The position numbers and the translations under genes are program-made. The notes beneath the pieces were generated by a model. It saw nothing but the letters and a program-made list of their open reading frames with translations, ran no database searches and was not told the DNA's origin. A DNA stretch of 63,407 nucleotides, counting the filler, from Asterionella formosa (taxonomy: Eukaryota), in NCBI GenBank assembly GCA_002256025.1. It is 23 parts of 23 records of this genome, joined end to end, with 100 filler letters (N's around TTAATTAATTAA, not from the genome) between each part and the next. Parts side by side here need not be neighbours in the genome. Positions count along the whole stretch, not along the records: positions 50,991 to 52,143 come from NKIB01004023.1; positions 52,244 to 53,395 come from NKIB01004025.1; positions 53,496 to 54,647 come from NKIB01004026.1; positions 54,748 to 55,899 come from NKIB01004027.1; positions 56,000 to 57,148 come from NKIB01004028.1; positions 57,249 to 58,400 come from NKIB01004030.1; positions 58,501 to 59,652 come from NKIB01004031.1; positions 59,753 to 60,904 come from NKIB01004032.1; 15 more parts are not named here. One strand, written 5' to 3'. Shown here piece after piece: positions 50,991-62,470 of this stretch (positions within the stretch are counted from its first letter, which is position 1; every line of letters begins with the position of its first letter).

Positions 50991-52143
50991 ACTGTCCCCA
51001 GTTGGTACCAGGGCACCGCTCTCCTCCGTCCCCACTGCCAAGTCATCAATGAAGATGTTGAACAGTATAGGCGAAAGAGGGCAACCCTGCCGCACACCTC
51101 GCAACAGTCTGCAGGGGTCCGAGTACAGGGCAGTCAAGCCACCCCCCACTCGTACCCTGATTGTACTGCTGCGATAAAGGGCACGTAGAAAAGCAAGGCA
51201 ACGTCCCCTGATCCCAAACCTGGATAGTTTCGCAAAGAGCGCCTCGTGGGGCACCGTATCATATGCCTTCTTGAGGTCTACGAATACCACGTAGGTCGGC
51301 TCTCCCACTATCCTCCGGCGTTGTATGATTTCCATGACACAGGCTACCTGGGTTACACATTCCTCTCTCTGGCGAAAGCCAGCCTGGGCTCGGCTAAACA
51401 GCCCTCGAGATTCCGCTTCCACATTTATCCTGGTACCAAGGATCACACACACCACCTTGAGGACAGTGGCCATGAGCGAAATCCCCCGATAGTTGTTCAT
51501 ATCAGCCAAGTCCCCTTTCTTAGGTATTGAGACGACCAGTGACTCAGCCCACGACTGGGCCACCAGTCCCCTCTCATACGCAAAGTTGAGTAGGGTTCCT
51601 AGTGAGTCCGTCATTGGAGCGGATGGTGGCGGGGCGGGCTCCTCTTCCCGATAGTTTTGAAGGTGGGAAAGTAGGGCCCGTTCCTCCGCCAAACATGCCT
51701 GTAGCAGTTCAGTGGGTATCCCGTCACCGCCCGGAGCACGATGGCTCTTCATCTTCCTCAGGGCAGTCCAAATATCGGAGGTTGTGAAGGGTTCGTCCAG
51801 CGAACGGATCCCCTCATTTGCCTGTGGGTGCGGGGCAAATTTCTCCCAATATTGGGCCTCCTGGCTATGACCGGTTTCATCTGCTGCTAGAGAGGCATAG
51901 TGCGCTCCCCAGGCCTGATGAATATCAGTCAAAGCTGTCAGCAGGCGTCCATCCGGGCCAAGGACCGGTTGGACACCTGCGATGCTGCTCTTCTGGCGCC
52001 ATCCTGCAGTCGCTGAGGCCCACCGCCAATAGTGGCGAGGTTTCTCGCGCATATTGACGTGAGCCTCCCTAATTGCCTTATACCATGCCCGCCTACCCGA
52101 GAGGCGGATCACCTTCCGCGCCCTCTCTTTGGCAGCCTTGTAC
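50991..52143 (-). mobile_element. LINE RT fragment, copy 6
   Basis: Reverse complement of copy 1 with a few SNPs. Confidence 0.96.
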
Positions 52144-52243
52144 NNNNNNNNNNNNNNNNNNNNNNNNNNNNNNNNNNNNNNNNNNNNTTAATTAATTAAN
52201 NNNNNNNNNNNNNNNNNNNNNNNNNNNNNNNNNNNNNNNNNNN

Positions 52244-53395
52244 TCTACTGTTGGCTACTGTTGTACATTCACTAACTTTTACAATTTGATCCTTTCCCTT
52301 CAGGCTACCAAGGCTCCAACACCTCCAGTTGTTCCTGCAACCAAGGTATGTAGCTAGTTATAGTGACAAAGCACCTTGCTTGACGGTATTTTTCTGCAGA
52401 TTTGTCCAAGAATACCATGGAGTTCTTTGGTCTAAAGATCCGCAAGTAATCGGGTTCATGCAATACTGCAATGTGATTTGACTCTATTGTGACTAATCTA
52501 AAGCATATTCATTCTCTTACAACAGCCTCCCAAGGGTACCAAGGCTCCCAAGGTATGTCCATCACCTTGCTTGATGTATTGGCATCATCATAAAATCGTA
52601 CCATGGGGAACTTTGCTCCCAAATTTATGTAAACTTTCACATGCGCTAGTATTGCAATGTGAAATGGTTATGCTGTCATGACTAACACCCATATTTTGAT
52701 TTCACTGTACAATCTACCTTTTTCTGAGCAGGGACCTACTGCAGGTACTAGAGACCTCAAAGAAAAGGTATGTTGTGGTACTAGCTGAAAGCCACATTCA
52801 CACATGCCTGTGACTCATCCAAACTGTTGTGTGTATCATCATGTCTACTGTCGGCTACTGTTGTACATTCACTAACTTTTACAATTTGATCCTTTACCTT
52901 CAGGCTACCAAGGCTCCAACACCTTTAGTTGTTCCTGCAACCAAGGTATGTAGCTAGTTATAGTGACAAAGCACCTTGCTTGACGGTATTTTTCTGCAGA
53001 TTTGTCCAAGAATACCATGGAGTTCTTTGGTCTAAAGATCCGCAAGTAATCGGGTTCATGCAATACTGCAATGTGATTTGACTCTATTGTGACTAACCTA
53101 AAGCATATTCATTCTTTTACAACAGCCTCCCAAGGGTACCAAGGCTCCCAAGGTATGTCCATCACCTTGCTTGATGTATTGGCATCATCATAAAATCGTA
53201 CCATGGGGAACTTTGCTCCCAAATTTATGTAAACTTTCACATGCGCTAGTATTGCAATGTCAATTGGTTTATGCTGTCATGACTAACACCCATATTTTGA
53301 TTTCACTGTACAATCTACCTTTTTCTGAGCAGGGACCTACTGCAGGTACTAGAGACCTCAAAGAAAAGGTATGTTGTGGTACTAGCTGAAAGCCA
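52244..53395. repeat. 600-bp tandem repeat, ~1.9 units visible
   Basis: 52244-52843 is nearly identical to 52844-53395. Confidence 0.97.
52304..53368 (+). CDS. Internal part of a micro-exon gene (52304-52345, 52526-52552, 52732-52767, 52904-52945, 53126-53152, 53333-53368) encoding a KXXK/RXL repeat protein
   Basis: Each exon is flanked by ACTAA(C/T)...CAG and AAG|GTATGT. Lengths are 42/27/36 nt. Spliced unit: ATKAPTPPVVPATK-PPKGTKAPK-GPTAGTRDLKEK, twice. Confidence 0.8.
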
Positions 53396-53497
53396 NNNNN
53401 NNNNNNNNNNNNNNNNNNNNNNNNNNNNNNNNNNNNNNNTTAATTAATTAANNNNNNNNNNNNNNNNNNNNNNNNNNNNNNNNNNNNNNNNNNNNCA

Positions 53498-54647
53498 ATC
53501 ATTTTCACCGAGCATTCCAAAGATGTTCAAGGAGATCACGATAAGGGTGACGCTGTTGCAGCCACTGCTGGTGTTGAATCGACTGAAGTCAGAAGATCCA
53601 CTTTCATTGGAAACACATCGTCTACTGCTTTTCACCCTTCTGCTTCAGAGGACGAACGCCTTCAAGATATACATCAATCCTTTCTTGATACTACAGCTAC
53701 TGATGATACGTCGCCTACACCTGTCATGGAGGGCATCGGTTGTCATAATGGCCTTGTTACGTTGTCTACTCCCAGTGTGCAAGTCAGGGAATATACTGAT
53801 ACAGCTGGAACAGTTGAATGTGAAAGTGTCAGTGAGTCGCTTGAACACGCCATATTCTCCCCGAAGAGGACCGCGACCATATTTGCATTCTATGAACCCT
53901 CAAGCACGTCCACGAAGCATTCAGAAGCTGATCACGGCGATGACGTGGAGCGTGATGTTCATGGAGGTGACACGGACAGTGGCAGTGTTGCAACCGCTAC
54001 AACTGCTGAATCCAATAATGTCAGAAAGGCCATTTCCATTGATGAGAAAACGTCGACTGCTACTCCTCCCCCTTCTACGTCGGTGCATGAACGTGACGAT
54101 AATGTTGTGGCTGAAGTGTTTAGAGACACTGCTGCTGCCGATGATACGCCGCTGACCGTCGTCAACAATTGCAATGGTTGTCACGAAGGCACGAGTACTT
54201 TGGCTATTCCATGTACAAGCGAGGAAGGTGGAGAATATACAAAATCTTCCCAGAAGAGCACAATTTTTTCGTTCTATGAACCTACAATCATTTTCACCGA
54301 GCATTCCAAAGATGTTCAAGGAGATCACGATAAGGGTGACGCTGTTGCAGCCACTGCTGGTGTTGAATCGACTGAAGTCAGAAGATCCACTTTCATTGGA
54401 AACACATCGTCTACTGCTTTTCACCCTTCTGCTTCAGAGGACGAACGCCTTCAAGATATACATCAACCCTTTCTTGGTACTACAGCTACTGATGATACGT
54501 CGCCTACACCTGTCATGGAGGGCATCGGTTGTCATAATGGCCTTGATACGTTGTCTACTCCCAGTGTGCAAGTCAGGGAACATGCCACATCTTCCAAAAA
54601 GCGAACCACTTTTGCTTTCTATGAACCTACACTCTCTTTAGCGAAAC
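53498..54647 (+). CDS. Internal fragment of an acidic Ser/Thr-rich protein with a 789-bp (263-aa) repeat period
   Basis: The frame is open across the contig. 53496-53790 recurs at 54285-54579; the F(A/S)FYEP motif appears three times. Confidence 0.65.
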
Positions 54648-55424
54648 NNNNNNNNNNNNNNNNNNNNNNNNNNNNNNNNNNNNNNNNNNNNTTAATTAAT
54701 TAANNNNNNNNNNNNNNNNNNNNNNNNNNNNNNNNNNNNNNNNNNNNCCTCGTCAGGCGACGACAATAACGGCGTCTGCAGGGCTTGGAGTCGAAGACTT
54801 CGCCGCGGTACATTGACCACCACCATCATGCCGATGACTGGACAGAGCCAATGCCGCCCGTAAGGTCTGGTGATAATACGGACGGCGAGTAAAAGACACA
54901 GGCGAAGAATGTTGGCGGTTGTGTGCGTTTTGTTGGAACAAAATCAAATGGATGCTCATTTGCTTGTGTTTCACATTAATGTTACGGTGTATATAATATA
55001 TATATACCGGTATCTACTAGACCCTATCATAATCAATAGTACCGGTATCAAGCAAAATATTATAGCTATAAAACAGCTGTCACGACGATACCATACATAG
55101 TAAGATGCTGCCGGACACAGAAACTATTAATCATGAAATATTCTAACATTGTCCTGTGCTCTGTAAATTTATTCCATACCCTGTTGGATATGCGTCTGGT
55201 AGCAGTTAAATCCATAGATTCAAGTTCCAGCACATACCTACATGCATATTGGTTACATGAGTCTCCACCATTCTGCATCTGTTATCCATAGAATGACTCC
55301 ACCAGAGTTATGTTGTAATAATCCTCTGCTTATTAAGGGTGATGGTTATTCTGTAAGCTATCTCCAGTCAACAGCATCCAGGCCTAACAGGTCCTGAGGT
55401 AAAGATGCAAAATAGTGTAATTAA

Positions 55425-55520
55425 GGTTCCTGCATTTGAACCCCTTGGCAAAAATTAAATTATTGCTTAGGGTTGCTGAAATGACCGGGAACTAAGAACT
55501 TTTATGTGCCAATTTTGAAT
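55425..55520 (+). mobile_element. Left end of the 5397 MITE family
   Basis: TAA|GGTTCCTGCATTTGAACCCCTTGGCAAAAATTAAA.TATTGCTTAGGGTTGC... Confidence 0.85.
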
Positions 55521-55999
55521 ATCGATGATTCCGTTTGAAATATTCAAATGAGTGGAAATTTGTGCATATTTATATAGATTCCTTTTCAAATGCATTTAAT
55601 ATGTATAAATAGATTCTACATCTCTGAATGTATATATAGCTACTCTACCAATAGTATACCACCTACTTGGATCCACTTATACTAGCTATGTATCATATGC
55701 ACGACCCAGCGGCTCCGAAAAAAATTTGAATGTGCATCCTGGTACTACTGGTATTACCAATGATGATCAGCTACCAGTACCTGGCACCGGTAGGGTTACC
55801 CAGGACCTGGTGCTCAGTATTCCTACTCCGTACGGATACCAGTATACAGGAAGCATCGGCCAACACCCAAGAAAATGCTTCATGTGTATCCAGTGTGGCN
55901 NNNNNNNNNNNNNNNNNNNNNNNNNNNNNNNNNNNNNNNNNNNTTAATTAATTAANNNNNNNNNNNNNNNNNNNNNNNNNNNNNNNNNNNNNNNNNNNN

Positions 56000-56502
56000 A
56001 ACAATGCCTGCTGCTTCATGAAAAGATACGTCGTAGTTAAGCACATGACAAGCAAAGAAAGTTTATGCAATACATAACGAAAAACATTGTGGCTTCGACA
56101 CATTGCGCATTCGAAGGATGGAGAATTTTTAAGGTAATGACGCCATCAATGTGGTAGCTACTTGGATGACAATCGTTGGGAGGCAGGCAGCCCAACAACA
56201 AATTGTTAACTAAACGCACATTTCCTTTTTCTCAGTTGATTCAACAGCTCGTTTCGCTTGTTGGGGAGCACCAATGTAAAACAAAACCAAATTGCGTAAG
56301 TGCTCTTGTCGCTCGTTGGACCTATTCAAATTCTGTTGGAACAAAACTGACAAAACGTTTACCTTCTCTCAAAGTTAAGCTGACAAAAATGAACCGGTAA
56401 GTTTTATTTGACAACATTGGATACCCGACACTTACTTATTCAAGAATTTACTGACAATTTACTGTAATAGACTTATGCATCAGTTGCATTGATTTGTGGT
56501 AA
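56000..56502. repeat. Dispersed repeat shared with 61651-62156
   Basis: About 500 bp colinear with high identity and small indels. Confidence 0.9.
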
Positions 56503-57248
56503 GTGAAACAAGAGGATACGGTGGAATTGTGTGTCGTTGCGTCAATGTAACATGACTAGCTAACAAATCATTCCTTCTCATTGTTACTGTTTCTGCATGG
56601 GACAATAAAACCAATGAAACAATGGAATAGTCGGTGAGTTCAGAGTGTCACTAATTGCAGGGAGAAATGCGAGTCATTACGCACTGCATGGCGCAAGATT
56701 CTGAATAGAGGAAGGAAAGGGCAAGACAGGAACAATATACATTGAGCTGAGTAGAGAGAGAAACATTGGGTCACTGGCATGTAGGTCATTAATAGATAGC
56801 ATTGCTTAATTTGATAGTTAAATTACGATCCATTTCAATCTATTTTGAACAATGCTTGTGATTAGAATTATGATCATGTTTACGATAGATTTACGATGAA
56901 ACAATTCACATGATAGCATAGAGTTGAGCTGATTTTAGGATGCATTGTACTAATGATTTACATTGGGCGATCACGAGAAGTGAAAATAATATGAGAAGGT
57001 TTATGATATTGACGAGAAAAGTTGTTGATCAGCTTATATACATTGTGTGATGATAATGCTCTTTTTATCATTATACTTGAAGGTCGGTAACATATTAATA
57101 AATCATCATAGATACAAGATACCTTGATCATATTTTTGATCCAAAAATNNNNNNNNNNNNNNNNNNNNNNNNNNNNNNNNNNNNNNNNNNNNTTAATTAA
57201 TTAANNNNNNNNNNNNNNNNNNNNNNNNNNNNNNNNNNNNNNNNNNNN

Positions 57249-58400
57249 CGCTTGAAAGGTAGGCCGTGTGCACACGAGCGTAGTCGCTCCTTGATGGTTC
57301 GGATGGACCGTTCCACTTCACCAACGTGACTGTCAGCAGGTACAATGTTTAATGCGATAGGTTGCAAGTCCTCACGAACACACTCGAGTTCACTGTCAGC
57401 ATGCACATCACAAACCTGTAGACCGCGTAGGTGGTAGAGGCGGACCGCACTCCGAATTTTGCGTAGAATGGTAGCCTTGGTCCGGTCGGGAACCAGGTCC
57501 ACGGTTGGGAAACCAATACCGCGTGAGATGGTATGAAAAAATGGTAGACCCTGCACAAAGAAGAAATCGGCGCACAACGTTACGTTGTGGTGATGCTCCA
57601 GGATTGGGGCAGGAATCGGTTTGGCCACAAACGTTGGTGCTCTTTGAGCGGCATGCGACCGCGTAGTTTTACCTTTTATGGCAGCGATGTCTGGACCGTA
57701 AATGATGAGGGCGCGCTTGGCGTCGTCTGGCGTCACTGGGCAATTTCTAATCAAGTTGTTCCGTAGGATGGATTGGAATTCCGCCTCGGCAGGCCGCCCG
57801 ATCTTTCTATACAAATCTCTGGCTGCATTGGCTGATTGAATTTCACGTCATGAGAATAGTTTCTTCTGTTCTGCTACTGTGGATAGCATGGTATAACCTG
57901 TAACACTGTCGTTAGTATCGTTGTTACAGCTAAACACATACAGTCCTGAGGGGTGCTCAAGAAATTTCATCACAGTTCCATCGAGTCTATGGACAAACAT
58001 CGCGGGCTCGTCCGCAGAGTCCATGGTGACACGGCATACCTTGCGCACCTCAGCAAGGGAGAGGATGTTGGCAATTGATTCACGGTTGTACCAAACCTTA
58101 CCCAAGTTGGGAAAATCTCCTACCATGTTGGAGTCCTGGTAGCCTCCATTTGTGAGCGCCCTGAGTACGTAAGAGCTACGCCGGATGTTGCTGAGCATGT
58201 CGGCGTTCTTGAACACGGAGATTGTCGACTGCGAGTCGAGAAGGATCCACTTAGGATCAATCCCAGGGTCGCCGGTCTGTGCAAGCATGTATGCATACTG
58301 CGTCAATGTAGTGCCTGAGGTCATCGATCCCTGCCTGTCAGGGCAGTCTCCCGCGTAGTGTCCTTGGCTTTGGCAGTTGTAACAGATGATGCCATCATGT
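57249..58400 (-). mobile_element. pol: Ty1/copia-like (CoDi-type) gag-pol fragment: zinc knuckle, protease, integrase; one in-frame stop
   Basis: CYNCQSQGHYAGDC, WILLDSQSTISVF, integrase LCAD..HAD.E..HVGEVERSIRTIKER. Integrase directly follows protease (copia order). TGA at 57850-57848 is in frame (LFS*REIQ). Confidence 0.88.
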
Positions 58401-58500
58401 NNNNNNNNNNNNNNNNNNNNNNNNNNNNNNNNNNNNNNNNNNNNTTAATTAATTAANNNNNNNNNNNNNNNNNNNNNNNNNNNNNNNNNNNNNNNNNNNN

Positions 58501-59503
58501 ACATGACATCTGACAATGTATATGCTGCATCACCAACAAGATAAAAACCAGAATCATATAATGCAGTTTTGTTGGGTAGAGCAGTTCTCTCAAATGCAAC
58601 TTGATCACTGCATCGTCCAGGAGCAATCACCCCAAAAAATATAAATCTACTCTCAACATCACAGATAGCCTGAACATTGATACCATAAGTCATGTAATGT
58701 CCAGAATAAAAAGCTCCTGGATTGTTTCCACAGTCACGTAGCGTGGGGCGACTAATTGTGGCTAAAAAACCATCAATAGCACCAACACACCCTCTGATCA
58801 ACCCTTCTGTGCTCTTTTGTTCAAAGGCTATAGCCAATTTCACCAAATCACTCCTCGTTTTAGGAAATATAATTTTCAGATAATCACAGTTAAGCACGGC
58901 TTCAAGAAATAAATCTCGGCATCTATAGATTGAAGCTATGCTACATCCATAGGCATGACGAATGTCAATGTAGCTGCCTCCAGCCAACCATCGAATGCCA
59001 ATGGCCAGCACAATTTCTGGGTAAATGGGAGTAGCTGTACCGCACTTGGAGAAATTCCCAATGACATCACTCTCCAGTAAGTAAACCAACTTCTTAAAGG
59101 CTCGAAGGGACATTCTATAAGTCTTTTCAAAAGCGTCCTCATGACACAGCTTCTTGACATGAGAATGCCATGACATTCTCTCGTGCTCCCATTTCGCCTT
59201 CCTCTTTTTAACTTTCGTTTCAGCCTCCAGAGCCAGATGACAAAGGATAAAGAAATGATCATGGTCATCGTAATCAAAGAATTGATGGTTGTTTTCATTA
59301 TCAAAAAATTGATTACTGATGACATCATTACCATCATCATCATTGCCATCGTTGATATTCACGGCACCTTCTTCAGTCCAATGTTGATCCACTTGTTCGT
59401 CATTGTGCACTGACAATGATGACATGGTGCTGATTGCTTGTAAACTTGAAAGGGGATGATGGCAAGCGGAAGTGTAAGAAGAAGTGTATAGAGGATCTTG
59501 CAT
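58501..59503 (-). mobile_element. Harbinger (DDE_Tnp_4) transposase, uninterrupted, 3'-partial
   Basis: FEKTYRMS, IYPEIVLAIGIRWLAGGSY, GCVGAIDG, GINVQAICD, YLVGDAAY. Confidence 0.93.
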
Positions 59504-61084
59504 GTCTGTGTTGACTCATGGCAAATCAAGAATTAAGCAGGTATGTCAGCTATATATTCCATACTGCTACATAATACGCGTAGTTTTCCTACATGGTTTT
59601 AGTAATGGAAAATTATCGAAATAGTCTGGAGGGAAGCCTGGAGGGATATGCANNNNNNNNNNNNNNNNNNNNNNNNNNNNNNNNNNNNNNNNNNNNTTAA
59701 TTAATTAANNNNNNNNNNNNNNNNNNNNNNNNNNNNNNNNNNNNNNNNNNNNAATGCCTGCCTGTTTCTTCCAGAGGAACCGGCCCACAACAGAGTCCTT
59801 CTTGTTATCTGGAAGCGAAGAACAAGATTCACAGAGTCAGATGATGGCTGGTTTTTAACAAACAAGACCTTTTTACATTCCATATCAAACAATGCATGTT
59901 CAAGTTCAAACGCAGGGCGAGGAACACCAAGGAAGAGAAGGTTTTACAGCCACAGTAACCATAACGAAAGAACAATAGAATAAGAACAAGAAAAATGACA
60001 GCAGAAACAGCAGGGACAGCGGTAACGACAACGAGAACACAACCATGATAGCAGAAAAGACGACAAAAACGACAACAATAACAATAACAATGACAATAAT
60101 TTCATTTTACCATGAATGTGATATTTTGTTCCTTTCATTCCAGCAGCTGCTTTTCGTTAAGAAAACTGGCGCGGACGGTCCTCCTCGCCAACATTCATTT
60201 TGTACTACATTTTTGTACATTGTACTTCAGAAAAAGCTGGCGCAGTCTATGCTTAGTCAGTATTGATCAAATTCGTCATCAGGATGCGTAAAATTTTCGG
60301 TGCTTGCTGTGGACTGATGACCAGTGCTGTAGCAACCTAAATTCCAATTCATTTCTTTCTCAACCAATTTGATGCCGATTTCTATCTAATATATTATTTG
60401 ATGTACCCGAAATCAAAGGCTTCTTGTCGAATGTCGATATGCTCAGAACGAACGTATATCATTGTCCAAAGGAGGCATCAGGATGTGCAAATTTTACATC
60501 TAAGACGCCGTTTACGGCACTTTTTCAAATTTATGTCTAAAGTGACGTATTTATGCTACTTTTCTAAAATATTATGCTACTTTTTTGGGAATTTATTTGG
60601 GTCAAACCAAAATTTATGTGTTCTAAAACAAAATTTATTCTACTTATCTAATAATTATGTGATCAAACCAATAATTATGTGAGTTCGCAACAATATTTTT
60701 TTCCAACTAGCCCTCATAACGGTATAATGGCGAAATTACGCGACTTCACGGCAATATTATGCTGGTCTCACCACATAATTAAGTAAAGAGTAACTAATTT
60801 CGATTCAATTATTATTTTTTCCTCTATCACATTTTCCCTTGATATCGACTGCCAAAGAACAAACAGCACAAGCAGTTGTTGGCGCCGATATCCGCATCCA
60901 CAAANNNNNNNNNNNNNNNNNNNNNNNNNNNNNNNNNNNNNNNNNNNNTTAATTAATTAANNNNNNNNNNNNNNNNNNNNNNNNNNNNNNNNNNNNNNNN
61001 NNNNTTTAGTTGAATGAACTCCAGAAAATTACGTAAACAAATGTTACATATTAAGTGAACTTTATTCTAGAATTATGTGAACGA

Positions 61085-61240
61085 AATTACAGAATTACGT
61101 GAAGTATTTCAAATAATTATGTGAAGTATTTTCAAATAATTATGTGAAGTATTTCAAATAATTATGTGAAGTATTTCAAATAATTATGTGAAGTATTTCA
61201 AATAATTATGTGAAGTATTTCAAATAATTATGTGAACGTG
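61085..61240. repeat. 22-bp minisatellite (AAATAATTATGTGAAGTATTTC), ~6 units, inside the element end 61005-61432
   Basis: Seen directly; about one unit is present in the homolog near 24510. Confidence 0.92.
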
Positions 61241-62256
61241 ATCACATAATATAGTGATGATCAGGAATGCATGCATGATAATTTGATCAAATATTTAACG
61301 TGATGTATTCAGATAATATATAGATATATTCAACTACGTATTTTGATGTATTCAACTAATTCATGTGATGCATTCAAAATCAACTAGGCTTATTTATGTG
61401 ATGGTCACTTCACGTAATACGCGGCTTAGATGGTAGTCGTGGAAAACAATGGACATATAGTGCATTGAGTATTTTCGAATTATGTATATGCGAGTATGGC
61501 CATCTCAACCATATCAGATGTTCCATATCGAGAGCGCCTTTGAATTTTATAAAATGTCCAACGCTGCTATATATATATATATATATTTACAAATTTTATT
61601 AGTATATTCATGGCCAGTATATTTTTCAAATCGTTCTGTCATGTTAACAAACAATGCCTGCTACTTCATGAAAAGATACGTCGTAGTAAAGCACATGACA
61701 AGAAAAGAAATTTTTTGCAATACATGACGAAAAACATTGTGACTTCGACACATTGCGCCTTCGAAGGATGGAGAATGTTTAAGGTAATGAAGCCATCAAT
61801 GTGGTACTTGGATGACAATCGTTGGGAGGCAGGCAGGACAACAACAAATTGTTAACTAAACGCAGCCACATTTCCTTTTTTCTCAGTTGATTCAACAGCT
61901 CGTTTCGCTTGTTGGGGAGCACCAATGTAAAACAAAACCAAATTGCGTAAGTGCTCTTGTCGCTCGTTGAACCTATTCACTTCTGTTGGAACAAAGCTGA
62001 CAAAACGTTTACCTTCTCTCAAAGTTAGCTAAGATGACAAAAATGTACCGGTAAGTTTATTCAACAACATTGGATACCCAAAACTTACTTATTCAAGAAT
62101 TTACTGACAAGTTACTATTACAGACTTATGCATCAGTTGCATTGATTTGTGGTAAGNNNNNNNNNNNNNNNNNNNNNNNNNNNNNNNNNNNNNNNNNNNN
62201 TTAATTAATTAANNNNNNNNNNNNNNNNNNNNNNNNNNNNNNNNNNNNNNNNNNNN

Positions 62257-62470
62257 CCTTTCTGCACTTTCTCGCCAAAAGTTAAGCAACTACTGATGCT
62301 ATTTGAAGGTTACCTATGTAATTGATTCACCTTCAAACCCTACCAATGTTGAGCAATTGCTGTCGGAAAAATCAATAAAATTGGCCTTCTCAACAGTCTC
62401 CAAAATATCGGAATGAGAATCCTCACTATGTGCCAAAATCTCCTCATCCGAATAGGACGAGTCTTGTGAA
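62257..62470 (-). repeat. Decayed coding-like repeat homologous to 37395-37600
   Basis: GCACTTTCT.GCCAAAAGTTAA and TTGGCCTT.TCAAC.GTCTCCAAA are shared in order; both copies encode ETVEKAN on the - strand. Confidence 0.65.

Noticed and set aside
44726..52143. Tandem or inverted array of six RT genes (retron- or DGR-like diversification)
   Set aside because: These are separate contigs with identical ends joined by linkers. The variants are few, clustered and mostly A/C (T/G) in G-rich context, consistent with assembly bubbles or sequencing error. The RT is non-LTR type.
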